In this document: positions 50,460 through 63,720 of the stretch, piece by piece | Position numbering within the stretch: the stretch's first letter is position 1 | Layout: each line of letters begins with the position of its first letter | Assembly: GCA_029953675.1 (NCBI GenBank) | Contig: JAMWBK010000005.1 | Coordinates: 1,116,001-1,180,000 of the forward strand | Direction: 5' to 3' | Length of the DNA stretch: 64,000 bases | Source of the DNA: Rhodosorus marinus CCMP1338 | Lineage: Eukaryota; Plantae; Rhodophyta | Made by a program: the position numbers and the translations under genes | The notes under the pieces: generated by a model | Databases searched by the model: none | Seen by the model: only the letters and a program-made list of their open reading frames with translations | What the model was told of the DNA's origin: nothing

Positions 50460-51270
50460 TCACGTTTTGCCCTTTTTCGCCGAATTTTCGTCTTCCAGCT
50501 CGTCCGCCAATGCTGCAAGTTCTTCATCTGACAGTTCTTGATACCTGGAGATTTAGACACCATCCACGGCCTGGGTAAGGACTTGCGCTCAGGTCTGCAG
50601 GACGGGACTTTTCAACTCAAGAGCTACGAACCTTGCTTCTAAGACCCCGTCTTCATAGTCCCGCAGCTGCTGTGCGTATGTCATGTTTTTGGTCCCAACA
50701 CGGAAAAGATAACTTCCGGTCCACGCCAAAATCAGGAGGACCATCACTACGGCGGTTACCCAAAGGCCTTGAACAACAGCACGCAAACGCAAAATACCAT
50801 CATTGAGTTCAGAATGCTTATGTTAAAGTTCCGTAAGCTTGAAGCTTCCCGCCCCTCTCTACCTACCTGCGGTCTGGTCAGGGACGCCGAGTTGTTTTAG
50901 CCCCTCATTAGCCAGGAGAGGAACGGTAATGAGGACCACAGTGAGGATAAGCACATCCTTGTTGGTCGTTGCGAGCTTAAATCCATCCTACTTTTTCCCA
51001 TTCCCAAGCACGAACAAAAATCTTAGACAAGCCAGTTCCTACAAGACGTCCCAAGGGCACCTTCAACCAGCTCTGAACGGCCAAGCGTACCTTATCACCC
51101 CCTCCAGACATGCACACCGCGACTCGTCTTGAATCCAAACCTCTGGATCTCTGACGTCCAACGGTACGAGCTCCAAACATAGATGAAGATCTTCCACAGA
51201 CCTTACTGCCAACTCTCCCAATAGACGAAATTCCGTTTCCGAGACTCACAAAAGCAAGCTTCGAATCCAT
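50460..51270 (-). CDS. Plastid-targeted DUF3007 membrane protein (cyanobacterial-type), multi-exon
   Basis: MDSKLAFVS transit peptide. WTGSYLFRVGTKNMTYAQQLRDYED and spliced RYQELSDEELAALADELE. Confidence 0.85.
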
Positions 51271-52861
51271 TTTCGATCAGAAAAACTACAACAAAAAAAA
51301 TCAAAAGAAGTTCTACGAGACACCCTCCGCAAGCCTCCCCTTCACCAACTCGCGCTTCGACAATACCGAGGTAAAGAACTAGTGGTCAACAATCCTAGAA
51401 GAACGGTTTAGAAGGCAGACTAATTCTCTAATCCATTTTCAATCCAGTTCCCTAAGACCGGTTTTGACGTCTACCTAGCTATCTCCACACCGCACACACA
51501 ACCCGGTCCAATTCGAACGTTGATAAGATGACTTGTGGTTCCTGGATCAGTAGGAAAGGAACAAGGACGCACCCCAAGGACGCAAGAAGGTTTCGTCATT
51601 CCTCAGGTCTTCAACGAAGCGAGGTGGTCCAGAACGATGGGGACAATTCCTCTCTCAAATACAGGAAACTGTAGAACAGAGAAGACGCACTCAGACAAAC
51701 GGGTTCGCTCCCTACGTCGGTGGGCAGGTGGAGAACGCCCCGCCTCTGTGGGCTTCGATACCGTTGACGTGATGTCGGCATCCCAGCTAGACGAGACAAC
51801 TCGGGTACTGCGGACTCCTCTGATACCCTTGTTTCAACACGTAAATGGACCGATGCGGGTAGTGCCGACTACTCTGAGACCCTTGTTTCAACGCGTGGGT
51901 TGAGCCGTTTCCGCCCTCACTGAACTCTGGAGAACGACCTTGCTGCTCAAGAAGAGATCTTATATTTTGCCCTTGGGTTTTCGTATTTCAAAAACCTTGT
52001 GTGTCCCAACAGATGTGGCTTAGCCCTCCGACCCACTAGAATGGAGGAATCATGTATGCCATTTACGTAACCTGCCACAAACGGTGGTTAGATAGATCAT
52101 TCCCTCAGCTTTGTCTTCTTGTGAAGGGATCCGAATCAGTACAGTACGGAATAGTCGTGGGTAGATTGTGTGGCTAAGCTCAAGCTCTAGTTCCCCTAGC
52201 GTCTGTTAAGGACAGGAAGATCTCCGACCTTCCTGATGAGGAATTTTCGTTCACTGTCCATGCTCCTTTCCCAATATCGCGGAAAGAACGTAACGAAAGG
52301 CGAATCGAAGCGGTGGAGGTGAAGAAGCCAAAATCCGGCTGAAGAAACAGCAACAAGCTTTCTTCATGCCGACGACGATCGCTCGACGACTGCGAATGAA
52401 GTGGCGTTTATAAACTCGACAAGTTTTTACTGGCCGTGTTCACCTGATTGCGGGATTGTGGGAGCACTCACACCCACGTCGATGCGCCAGGTTGGTAGCG
52501 CCTCACTCTCCGCGGGCTGGCTTTCCTTTTGAGGTGCAGTTGAAACCAAGTGAGTGAACTGGTAGGGCATCCACAACGACAAGCGGAGGAGAGACAGAAA
52601 AAAACTTTGTTTTAGCTCTTTTCTGTTTTTCCTTTATCGAAGAATTCTCATGTCTAGACCTATTGCCTGTACTATGGATTCTTTCTCTATCTAGTCCTGG
52701 GATCTCTTAAAAAATCTTCTACATCGTCCGCTATAAGTATTCTTTCTGCTCCGGAAGATTTCTTGCGATATCAACCTGGTCCTTACACTCCCTGGGTACT
52801 TTCTTTTTCCGAACGAAGCGGGAGTTCTCAATTAGCTACCACCCCCTCAACGAGCGGCGTG

Positions 52862-54164
52862 TTATTGACCACCTCTCGATGAGTAATGTGATACTGGGTT
52901 AATGTTCTTCAGAACCGGTCGCGCGTTCTCGGTGACAGTCTGTTGTCTAAGTATTTTAACTGCTTCTGGAGAGATCTGCGGCGGAAAAGACAGGAGGCTT
53001 TTGATTAGACTGGAAAGCTGAGGATGAGAAAATGCAAGCTCGTGGAGCTGTTGGATTCTGATGCGGAATATCAACCTTGTACTTCTTGTCCACGAGGACC
53101 CAAGTGACTTTCTCGCTGCATGGCGGTGTCGTTAGGGACCCTTGCCACTGGAAATAACCCTCTCGACCGGTGTGCAGAAGGGTCTTGGGGCTCACCCAGA
53201 ACTGACCCTTGTCCAAGTCCTTCAAAATATTCAACACTTCTTTTCCAGATTGCTCATTGGCTTTTGGAGATGATTCGAATACGAGACCAACGACGAGAAT
53301 TTTGCCAGTGTCCGGCTGAATATGGACCAGATGCAGTTCCGCGTCTCCCCTCGACCCATCAAAAACGTTCTCGGCGGGAGTATGCATATGCATCTGTTAC
53401 ATAAGAGCACAAAGAAGAGGCGAAAGCGTTCCACGCGTATGAGAAAGATATGTTTCCGGTGCTTAGACAGACAGGCGCAAGCGGTGGCATTACCTGCTTG
53501 AGAGCGTATTTTTCTCCCTTAAATCTGATTCCGCCGCATTTCCAGGTTTCCTCACTGTCACAGAAGAAGTGAGGATTCGAGTGAATGGTTTTCAACCTGA
53601 ACCGTGAAGGTCTTCTGTCGTAGAAGACTAAGCCCTGAACATTTGACCTCCTCTTGAAACTCGCAGAGGTACAGATTGATATCTGGCAACACACGCATAG
53701 TACCTTCAGAGCACGAACGAAATGGTTCTACGCGAGTACCTGACGGATCGGATCATATTGCGTACCGGAGACTGCTGCTTGCCGTTGCAGTCCGGGAAGA
53801 ACTCTCCCCACTTCGACGGCCCATCGGGTGCGTCCTCGTTGTAGCTCCATTCGATCGCCGCGGCGTTGGCATTTTGCGGTAAAATTGATACTGGAATGCG
53901 ATTCAACAAAGAGGATTACGCGTTTAGAGAAACCATCAAAATCAAGTCGTCAGGCACCAGTTTGCGCGACCTACAAGCATCCAAATTCAATCTCGAACCA
54001 GCAGCAGCAGCCGTAATTGCGACAGCAACACCCATCGCCGCGCCCCCTCTGATCGCGGCGTCCCTGATAGTACTAGGTCGCTCAGCACTACAACGACAAA
54101 CATCACTGCCCTTCCTCGCCGTAGGCCGACCTCCACTAAACCCGTAAACAAACGCCCCGCTCAT
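52862..54164 (-). CDS. Alpha-carbonic anhydrase with a bipartite plastid/thylakoid-lumen-type targeting sequence, multi-exon
   Basis: WSY...GPSKWG...CNGKQQSP, HMHTPAE, ELHLVH (three Zn-ligand His), GSLTTPPCSEKVTW, NARP. N-terminus: MSGAFV... then a hydrophobic stretch and ANA|AAIEWSY. Confidence 0.92.
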
Positions 54165-54431
54165 ACTACTCAACGGCCTCCCTTCAAGTTTATTTAATGC
54201 ATACCCAATTTCCATGATACAAACAATCCAGGCCCCACCCCCAAAACCCCCAACCCCACACCGCCCCACGCGCAACCCAACAAAATTTTGTCTTTACCAA
54301 TCTCAATACCAGAAGCACTATACAAAAGTCTTCTCACATTAACCTCTCACTGATTCACACACACACGTCCAATCCCTAATTAAAAAAGTTTCAAGCTCCC
54401 TTTTCTTTCTTCATACACATAACACACTACT

Positions 54432-54462
54432 CACACACACACACTCTCTCTCTCTCTCTCTC
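54432..54462. repeat. (CA)n(CT)n compound microsatellite
   Basis: Direct sequence reading. Confidence 0.85.
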
Positions 54463-57323
54463 GCTTCCTCATTCACCTCATCCTCTCGTAAAACCCTCTC
54501 TCCCCACCAACACAAAGCAGATTCAATCTCAAAACCCCGATTTTGAATCAAATCCTCGAAAAACACCCCATTTCTCAAACATTTCGCCGATCATCAAATA
54601 ATCGTCTTTTTCAACGCTATCAGATCAACAAATACTCAGCAATATCCCACCCCCCTCCTCCCCCACCCCTTTTTCCCATAGGCCCGATAATTATTTCTAA
54701 ACAGAGGGGGGGGAGGGGGGGGTTAGGAAAGGAGATGTGAGGGTCCAAACACCTAATTTGGATTACAAAAAAGGATGCTTTCATGTCTCGGGGGAAAAAA
54801 AAAACGGCAAGAAACATCTCGAACTCGTTAAATCAGCCTAGAATCGATGATTCTTATCGAATGTTAGAATTTCCGAGTAGGTGAGGGGTGTTGATGGTCG
54901 TGATTATATTTTTACTATTGTATACTACGTTGTACTAACGATTTTTAATTGAATATTTTTTTTTTGGTTTTTTGTCATAGTTTTGGATATTCTGTCTGTT
55001 GAGTTTTTGGGGAACTAGCGAAAAATGAAATGCATCAGTTTGTGTTTACGTTAAGATGGAAAAGTACTAGGAATTTCACCGCCGGGGGAGGGGGGTTGGC
55101 TAGGGTTTTGGCCGTTTTGTTTTGTTTTTCTTTGTCAATGTATTTGACATGCAATTCTGTGTTTCTAGTGGGTCTCAAGTTGTTTTTCTTCCCGTTCTAC
55201 GGATTGTGGAAGAGGCGCTTCTCGTGTGTAAGGGCGAAAATCATGGGAGGCGGCTGTGGCGGAAGCTCTTTTTGATCTTTGGTGCTATATGGCACAAGCC
55301 CAAAATCGCAACATGCGATGGCAGGTTGCGATTTTGAGAGCGATGGGATGCTCTCCACAACTTGTTTTTTTTCCGTTCGTTTTTAGGAGGTGGCTTATGG
55401 CTTCCATAAGACTTCATCGGGCCGTTTGGGAGACTGCGTGGGAAGCTTTTCATCTCTGCGGCACGGTTCTTTACCGGGGTTCCCCGGTAGCGGGGTTCCA
55501 ATAAGTTTTTCCCTAGATAGGATTAGACGTAGTGTTGCGCTGCAGTAGGCAGCTGCCCAGTAAAGCTTACGGTCACTGCCCTTTGCGATTCTACTGCTCC
55601 TCGCTCACGTGGACACGCCTAGATTCTACTGCTACTCCCGCACGTGGGCACCAAAACCTCTACCTTAGAATACGTGGGTTGGATCTAAAATTTCTGTTTG
55701 TAACTCTAGGTACGACTATCGCGGCTAATAGTTTTAGCACTTGTTTGCCCTGTCCGACTCGTGACTGTTACGCCGAATGTGAAAAATATCAAACCCCCCC
55801 CCTCCCCAAACTCGATCGTTGGTTTGGGGGGAGGGGGGAGTAGGTCGATGGAGATGAATTTTGAATAAATGTTTAGCATATCTCGAACGGATCAATCTTC
55901 AAACTCAGAATTTTACTTTCATACAATATACTAACGAGTAATCTCCCCATTGGATTTGATTCGTTGTTTTTAAGAATGAGGGAAACTTTTACTACCATTA
56001 TTCAAGTTTATCCTGAACGTCGGTTAGCGGCTTTTAAGGTGTTGAATCCTCATTCGGCCGATTTGAACTCAAATTTTTGAAAATTCTTGAAAACGCGACG
56101 TGTGAGCGCATCAGTCTGTGTAACCCCGGATTTAGAGGTGGCCCGCCGGAACGGCAGGGCCTCGAACAAGGTGTGTTGGTGGTGATGGGCCAGTATGAAA
56201 TTAACCATTGAAAGCCATAGAGCGTCCCAAAGCCGTCCAAATTTTTCGGGATACGCTTTTGATTGTCCCCATAACGTTTATGCGTAAATCCAGCCGTGGT
56301 TGGATGTTTGTCGCACCCGATCCCCTGGACAGAAACACATAAGATACATTCATGGTAACGCTGCAGTCTCTGGAACCCATTACCCGTCTCTTGAGAACTC
56401 GGCTAGCGCCGAGCAGCTTTGTAAGCGAGTGGTGCTGGAAATCCGCAATATGCGATGGCACTTCCACCTCCGGACGATCTGGAAGTTGGTCTAGTCCCAG
56501 CTTCACCCTGTACAGGAGAAAATGAAACCACTGTCGGCAAGACCTAGTCGTCATAGAACTCTCTACTACGCGCCCATCCTCAGGTTCAGTTAGGTCACTG
56601 CATCCATGCCACGAAGGCCCTGGACGCCGCGAGGTCGGCTTTCACACAAACCATCCATATTCCCGTCCGCAGAGGGATTCGACAAGCAAGGTCTGACTTT
56701 CTGAAAGCACAATACCAGGATCCCCCAGAGCAAGCCTCACATTTACTACCCCAGTGTGCATCTCGCATGGATTCAGGCATGGAATCTATCCTCCGGAGAA
56801 GCGTTTTTTTCTTCCCTCCCCTCTCGTACGTCAACGGTCCCACCAAGCCACTCCATGTGCTTCAGGGTGACCAGAACGTTTCGACAGGCTGTCCCCGAGG
56901 ATTAAGACAGCTTGTCCAAACTAAAGGGTCTCAAGAAATATCTCATCCAATAGCTTAAACGAGAAATATAGGCATTATTTCAATATTATATCGTATTTAA
57001 GTGTTAGAAGTATTTCGACGACGAATTTTGACTGGTGATAACGAGCGCAATGGATTTTTACTAACCGAAAAAGGATGCGACGGTCTTAAGTCGCTCTAAG
57101 CACAGCCAAGGCAATGCAGAAGGCTAGCTGTTCTCGGATTTCTTTGGAATGTACTGGAGTGGAAGTTTGAGAGGGACTGAAATATAAATATGATGTTAGT
57201 TGGCACACAATAGGCTGACCAGGGTGATGGTGAGCTAGGTAAGGAGCGCGGGTTGTGCTTACTTTGGATATTTTCTCCAATGTGAAGGGAGTGGTTTTTT
57301 CTGTTGTTACTTTTGGTTGGGTG

Positions 57324-57343
57324 GGTGTGTGTGTGTGTGTGTG
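57324..57343. repeat. (GT)n microsatellite directly upstream of an ATG at 57348
   Basis: Direct sequence reading. Confidence 0.85.
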
Positions 57344-57347
57344 CAGC

Positions 57348-60300
57348 ATGGGGAACCTGATGACGAGTTTTTCGCGTTTGTGGGAGGGCGAGGAAAGTGT
57401 GCATGATGCGTTAGCTGTAGCTGAGGAAACTACTGTTGGCGGCGGAAGCTACTATGTTGGGAAGATATCTGCCTCGATGGGTAGTCTGTTTTCTAACGAG
57501 GGCGTGTATGATGATGAGGTTGACGTAGAAGACGTTGAGCTTCCGCCTTTGTTTGACTCTTGAGAATTGTAACCTCGTTGAGAGTGCTTTCAAGCACACT
57601 AGAAGTCTTATTATTGGTTCTTGCTTGCACCGTGTGTTCAGGCGAGGCTTAAGTTTCCTGTTTAAGAGGACGTGCTGCCGCTGTGCGTGGTCAGTTTCAT
57701 TGCATTTCAATGAAGAAGTTTTTACTTTCACCCTAGCTGCTTTAGCTACTTCTGCCTTAAGCGACAAAAGTGCTCGTCTTCTCTGCGAGTCACTCCTGTA
57801 TGGTTCGACTAAAACACTAAAATCAATGAACTGGGAAATGGAGCTGAACTGTAACTGGGTCATTGAGTTCCACTACTCGCGGTTATTCGGAGCCCAGTGT
57901 TATGTTAGTGTGGAGCTACCTGTGGACACCGTCGAAGAGCTTGCAGGCACTGCAGGCACTGCAGGCATTCGTCGAGGTAGGAGTCTACGGCTGCCATTGT
58001 GGCGACGGATAGGTGCCTTTTCGGAATCCGGATTGGGTTCGAATGATTTTGCTCCGTCGCGCCTGTAAGGACCTGGGCGGGTATGCCATCAGTAGATATG
58101 TGTTGCCGTTCATTAAAGACTTTTAGATTTGAGGACTGGGATCCCAACTACAAGCGCACATGTGGACTTGATCTCTTCGCACACCATCCTGGCGTGCCAC
58201 CCGGACGCTTTTCCGACCCTTTGCAGAGCACCACCAACGGGGGGGCGTCTGCACGACAAGGGTTTCGGATCGCGATTCATGCTCTCAGGCACCCTGGTCA
58301 GCATCGACACTAAGAACGGTCAGGGCCCAGAGGCGGATGGCCTATTTATTTTGAATGAACGGCAACTGATCGCGAAACGACTCCATTCCAATCGGAGAAC
58401 CGTTGGAGAGCAGTTCTATTTTCGTACGGCAAAAAGCTTGAAAAAGTTAAGTAAATTTCACACTTTCATGATACTGAAAAAGCTGCCATTCAGAGGTTTG
58501 GGATGTAAACATGAGGAAGCGGTTTGCTGAGTTTGGTAGTAGGGGAGAATGAAAGCGCTCATGGCAATGGGTCTATGACGATCTACGCCGAAGCAGAGAT
58601 ATTGAAATTAATAACGAGTTTGACAGCTTCAGTTTGATAAAGAAGAAGTTGGACGTGGCCTCGATGGAGTTCCTCAAGGACTGTCGCTTGGATGTTCGAC
58701 CTGACATTCACTGGTGGTATCGAGGTGAAGTCATTTCGCCTGCGATCGAAGTGAGACTGCTCGACAGTATGGGGAGCGTCCTCAAGTGTGAAGAAAGCTT
58801 GGAAATCAGAGTATGAAGGGAAATTGTGCCATCGTATTTTTGGATCTTTTCGTTTAGTTTTATTTCCTTCATCCTCATCAGTTTTCCGGGGCGGTCTCTT
58901 GCGGCCTCTTTCTATCAGGTTACTCTTTCCCTAGCCGATGATCTGATGGAGACTATGAGCTTGAATTCCAAGGGCCAGAGGGCTCTTTTCGGTACCCGAA
59001 CGAAACGGATGACGGACTTCACCGTGAAGTTTGATGATTTAGCGCTCAATGTCGATATGGGCGAGGATCATCTTGAAGGTATCCTCTCGACCATTTGTTA
59101 TGAGGATGAAAATTACAGCTCTGAATAGCTTTCGCCGTCGTGATTTGAATGCCAGGCTTAATGTTTGTTGCAGCGGCTTCAGGTGATTTCAGTGGAGTGT
59201 ATGTCTCCCCTCACCCGTTCGTCTCAGCTACACTCGCGGCTCCACCCCTCAGCTGTCCTATATGCTCGAACCCCAAGGAAGCCCATCCCACTGCGCGGGA
59301 CTGCATCTGTGATGATTGCACGAAGGTGCTGTTGAGTAAGCTCCTACAACCACCAACGCAACTGGGCAGATGCGATGCTAACTATTCGGCACTTACGCTT
59401 GTGCGAAAAGCGCCACTGTGTAGTCCTTATGAGGCGATGGGCTCAGCACCGACCGCTTCAAAAGCTACCAAGGATCAGCGAGTAGGCAGCGCAGACTCAA
59501 CTGCTACCCCTCTATACCTGGAACCCGAAGATCTCAGGCAGAGCAAAGCTATTGAAGCTGCGAGAGAACGACGCCCCTCTGAAGGCATAGCAGGCACAGG
59601 AGCAGGCGAGCACAGTGGACGACCTACAAAGCCTTCCAAGGAACGAGGAGAGACCTCAAAGCGACCTCGCCGGGAGTCCTCCGCAGCGGGAAGCCCGTCC
59701 ACCGGCAGAACGTGGTGCGCAGTACCGATCAATTCTTGGTAGTGAGATCCATGGACGACGAGCTGGTATCGGTCATCTCGAACTAACCTTGAATCTTATC
59801 ATGGCACATCTGGCAGTGACGCTCAAGCATCAAGAAAGCCCAAGCTGGAATTGGAAACCGCGAGGAATACAACGCTCTTCAAGAAGGGTAGCCGATCGAC
59901 TCAGGATATTTCCAGTGACAGGTGTGCCGAGGAAGTGACTTCGCAGGAGAGACGGCAGATCAAAGGAGCAGTCCAGGAAAAAAGGGTGGTCGAGGGGAAC
60001 CCGGCTCCAAGAATACAAGCGCACGGAGATTCATTGGAGACTATGAGCACGGAAGAATGTCTTGGGCAAGGTGAATCGCGCGTCACGACAAGGAATCAGG
60101 TGAGTTGGCAGGGAAAAAGTATTCCGAGACAAGTTGCTTCTGTGGATCGCGGGTAACGTATGGTTGTTCTTGTTCCGAACCCCATTTCATTTTCCAGGCA
60201 CGAATGCAGGAGAAGGAATCGCCGTTCTCGCAGTCGCTGGCAGCATCCTCCTCTGCACATACCCTGTCTGAACGCGAAATCTTTGCAAGTCTCACCTGGC

Positions 60301-60434
60301 CAGCTTTTTCACAGGAGCATTCGCAACTTGCACTGATGAAAACACTGTGCAGGCCAGTGGATGAAATGATTCGAGATTTGCGGTCGATTACAAACCCAGT
60401 AGGGGCGCCGCAGGATGGAACGAGGAGAGATTGA
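57348..60434 (+). CDS. Hypothetical multi-exon gene; 3-prime exons well supported, 5-prime linkage uncertain
   Basis: Phase-compatible GT-AG junctions link the ORFs at 58634, 58826, 59149, 59851 and 60105. Contains WWYRGEVISPAIEVRLLD, LFGTRTKRMTDFTVKFDDLAL and a CPIC...CDDC cluster. Confidence 0.45.
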
Positions 60435-62099
60435 CTTGGTCAACGATGCCTCTTCATACAAGGCGCCGAGCGCTGTGACATGTTTGAAACCTTCTGGATG
60501 TGTACAGTGTGTGCATTCGTAGTGGACAACTATTTATACCTATCCAAGCCGTGCCAACGCCAGTGGGCTCTCTACGCTGCATCCTTTTCTTCCGTGGACC
60601 AAAGTGATGATTACGAGAACCTACCTACGCCTCCGATTTCTATGGATCTTCTTTGCTCTTCCATCTATACCTCGAACCTTTTTAAGCATCCAGGCGAGAA
60701 TCTCAGCGCAAGTCACCCCTTCGGAAGCTCAACGTCTGCACGCACTACGCACTACGCTACGTACATGAAGCTAGGTTCCTTCTATTATTGTTTAACATGG
60801 TTTTGCAGCTACCAAATCGAATGCTAGTCTCCCTGACCTGATCCGAGCGTGGAATTCCTGTCTTCGTTGATCACCAAACGCTCGGTCCCTAGGGGGTGGG
60901 TCCCCACCTCCAAAGCACCATCCATTCTGTCCCAAAACAAAAATCGTCAGGGATAAAAAAAAACACTAGTTCTATTTTTAAACAAAACTCAGGAACGAAC
61001 ACCCAATCAGCTGAAGAAAAAACATTATTGCTTAATTCGTCAAAAAATCCCATTCGGGCCAAAAAGAACTGAAACATGAAAGTAAATTGCATCCAACTAC
61101 GATCCCCTAAGGAGCATTCTTCGAAAATTTGGTCGCCAAGACTTTTCATCCCTTTGCCGACTATGACGGAAAGCCACAAAATCCGATAATATAATTCAAA
61201 TATTAAATATCTATCTAAGAGATAGACACTCCAGTTAAAGGGTTCGGTCCGAACGCGGATTTCCATGACAACATCGACCTAAGGGGTAGTCAACTATTGC
61301 TCTTGTTTTGTCTCAAAAAAGATCGGATGTTGTACTCCAATTTGTTCTATTAAACATATGCAAAATATCTGAAATTAATATATAAATGAAAGATTTTATT
61401 CACTCCAGAAAACAACCAGAATTTTTAGTGTAAAATAGGGTCTACTAAAAACTAGTATTTTTGAAAAACAATTGTTCTCCGCCGCGGATTGTATTTTTAT
61501 ATAATTTTGCCAGCTGCAAGTTTTAGGGAAGAGTCTATTTTTACCAGAAATTTTTCTTCGTTTCCTAAACTGGGCGAGCAAAGCAGCCTATTTTTACCAG
61601 AAATATTGAGGTTTGTCTGAGACTTGTGTATGTGGGGTAGTTGAACGAGGTTAGTTCATTCCGATGGACGATGGCGTAACTGATGAGGATGTCTAGTCAT
61701 GAGCGATCAAGCTAGTCTTCCTTGGTTTCGTTTGGACAATTTTCCTATGGATACATCAACACGTCATCCGGAGAGATGCAGAGCAGGGCACTGATTGCTC
61801 GCTTATTCCCAGGACGGCGTGTATTGCAGGATGTGAGATCAGATATCCTTCATGGCTACGAGCTACTGGGCAGGATCCGCTAAGTAGGACAGACGGATCC
61901 CGAGATCTTTCAGACGCATAGGCGTAACCCGTAAAAAACAAGAATCAGAATCAAAAATCAGCGATTAAGTCATTATTCAGGTAGATACCAATGTCTCAGG
62001 GGCACCTAGGCTGCTTTCAATCGGCATCCATGTAAATCGTCTCCGTGATAGAGATTTGGAGGTGCGCTCTTTGCTCCTTCCAAGCGTACCTCAGTGAGG

Positions 62100-63720
62100 A
62101 CCTTAGCCTCCGATTAAACCGATCTGTTAGATCCACCTTGCGATGCGGCAGGTAGGTGCTGAGTGAAGGCAACTGGGGCTGCCTTACACGTCGCGGAACC
62201 TCACCTTGCAGCACGACCAGATGACGTCTGCTTCAAACTGGACCTCGCCAACGCATTCAGCAAAATTGAACCGACGCCTCGCCAACAGGATCATCGAACA
62301 CGTGTTTCCTCAACTCCGTTCGCCGTTAAAGCTGAGCCCAAGGCGAGAGCCGAACGGCACGACAGCGACACAGATGAGTGGCTTCAGCTGCAGACTTGAA
62401 ATGGCGTGCAGCAGGGCAACCCTCTTGGACCAGCCTTAACAGCGCTGGCCTTGTCCACGCATTGCGAGCACGCCGCGATCGGTTCCCAGCGACCACACTC
62501 ACCGCCATCCATGACGACATCACATTCCCCGGCCCCACCGGAAGAAGTGAGAAAGACGCTCATTGGAGCGAGCAACACCTCCCTGAAATACCGCCTCCGA
62601 AAGACGAAATGTCAACTGTTCGGACGATACCTACCCACGAGTCGACTCGTGAACTGGGAAATCCCCGACGTCCCACTCACCCCCCCCGCGTTCGTCATTC
62701 GCGGTGGAATCCAACCTCATTCCATATTGGGACAAGGACCTACGTCCAAGATACGACACGGAAGCTACAACGGGAACTTGAAAAGCTCGTTGACGAAGTA
62801 ATCCGCCTACCGACCGCTGCGCTCCAAACTAAACTGTCCCTCTTTCGATATTGTGTAGGGCAGCGTCTGGACTACTTTCTACGCGCCCTGCCCTGGCACT
62901 GCAGGCGTGCTTCAATTAGTTGTTCGCGCAGTTGACGCGTCGAGTGCATCCAGCTGGAGTCACATACGGGCCTCCGAGGAATTGGTGGAGAACCCGGGGA
63001 TTAATGAGACGGTACGAGCGCGTATTCGTTCACGCACCGGACCTGGAGGCGATACCTGGCTGCGAGACTTCCGGTCGAGACTCCCTCGACGCCTGAGCAC
63101 AGTCAAACTGAACCTGAGCCTGAGACACTGATGAGATGGGCGCCATTCTTGTACGAGTTCTTAGTACATGTACTATATATTCACAACACGGTGAAGCTCC
63201 AGGCATCCAACGCCTGCACCAGTGCACCAGTTCTACAGGGAACTGCGACACAATATGATCCGGGATGCTTTGGCCACGCATATGAGACAATGGCGACTAG
63301 AAGTGACCCTCGAACCGACCGAGCACTACCCAGTCAGCCACCGCCACCCAGGCATTATAGCTCGACACCCCGGGGCCAGAAAGCTGTACGTCATTGATGT
63401 TAAAGGGACATCGCCGTTTGCAAAGGACCTGCCTCAATGAATCCTCCTGGGAGACAGGATACGCAGCACTCAAGGTAGGGGAGTTCAAAGAGTCGAAATA
63501 CCGCGATGCGATCGGAGCTCACAATAACTACACCTCAGTGCCCTGCTGCGTATAGACGTTCGGGCGGACGGGGAAGCAAGCTGATCAGTTCTTGAAATAC
63601 GCTTCAGCGCCCACCAAACACAAGTCAGCGAAGCATGAGCGACGCTCAACCGGTCCCTTGGAAAGGGAATGCTGGCCACCCAGGGTCGTCGAGTAGGCGA
63701 AGGGAACTTTGAGATCGCTA
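62100..63720 (+). mobile_element. 5-prime-truncated, frameshifted non-LTR retrotransposon of the CRE-like RLE group
   Basis: RT motifs FKLDLANAF, GVQQGNPLGP, AIHDD, then LSLFRYCVGQRLDYFLRALP. Restriction-like endonuclease RHNMIRDAL...EP...VIDVKGTSP...KESKY...TFGRTG. Many stops and frameshifts. Confidence 0.88.
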
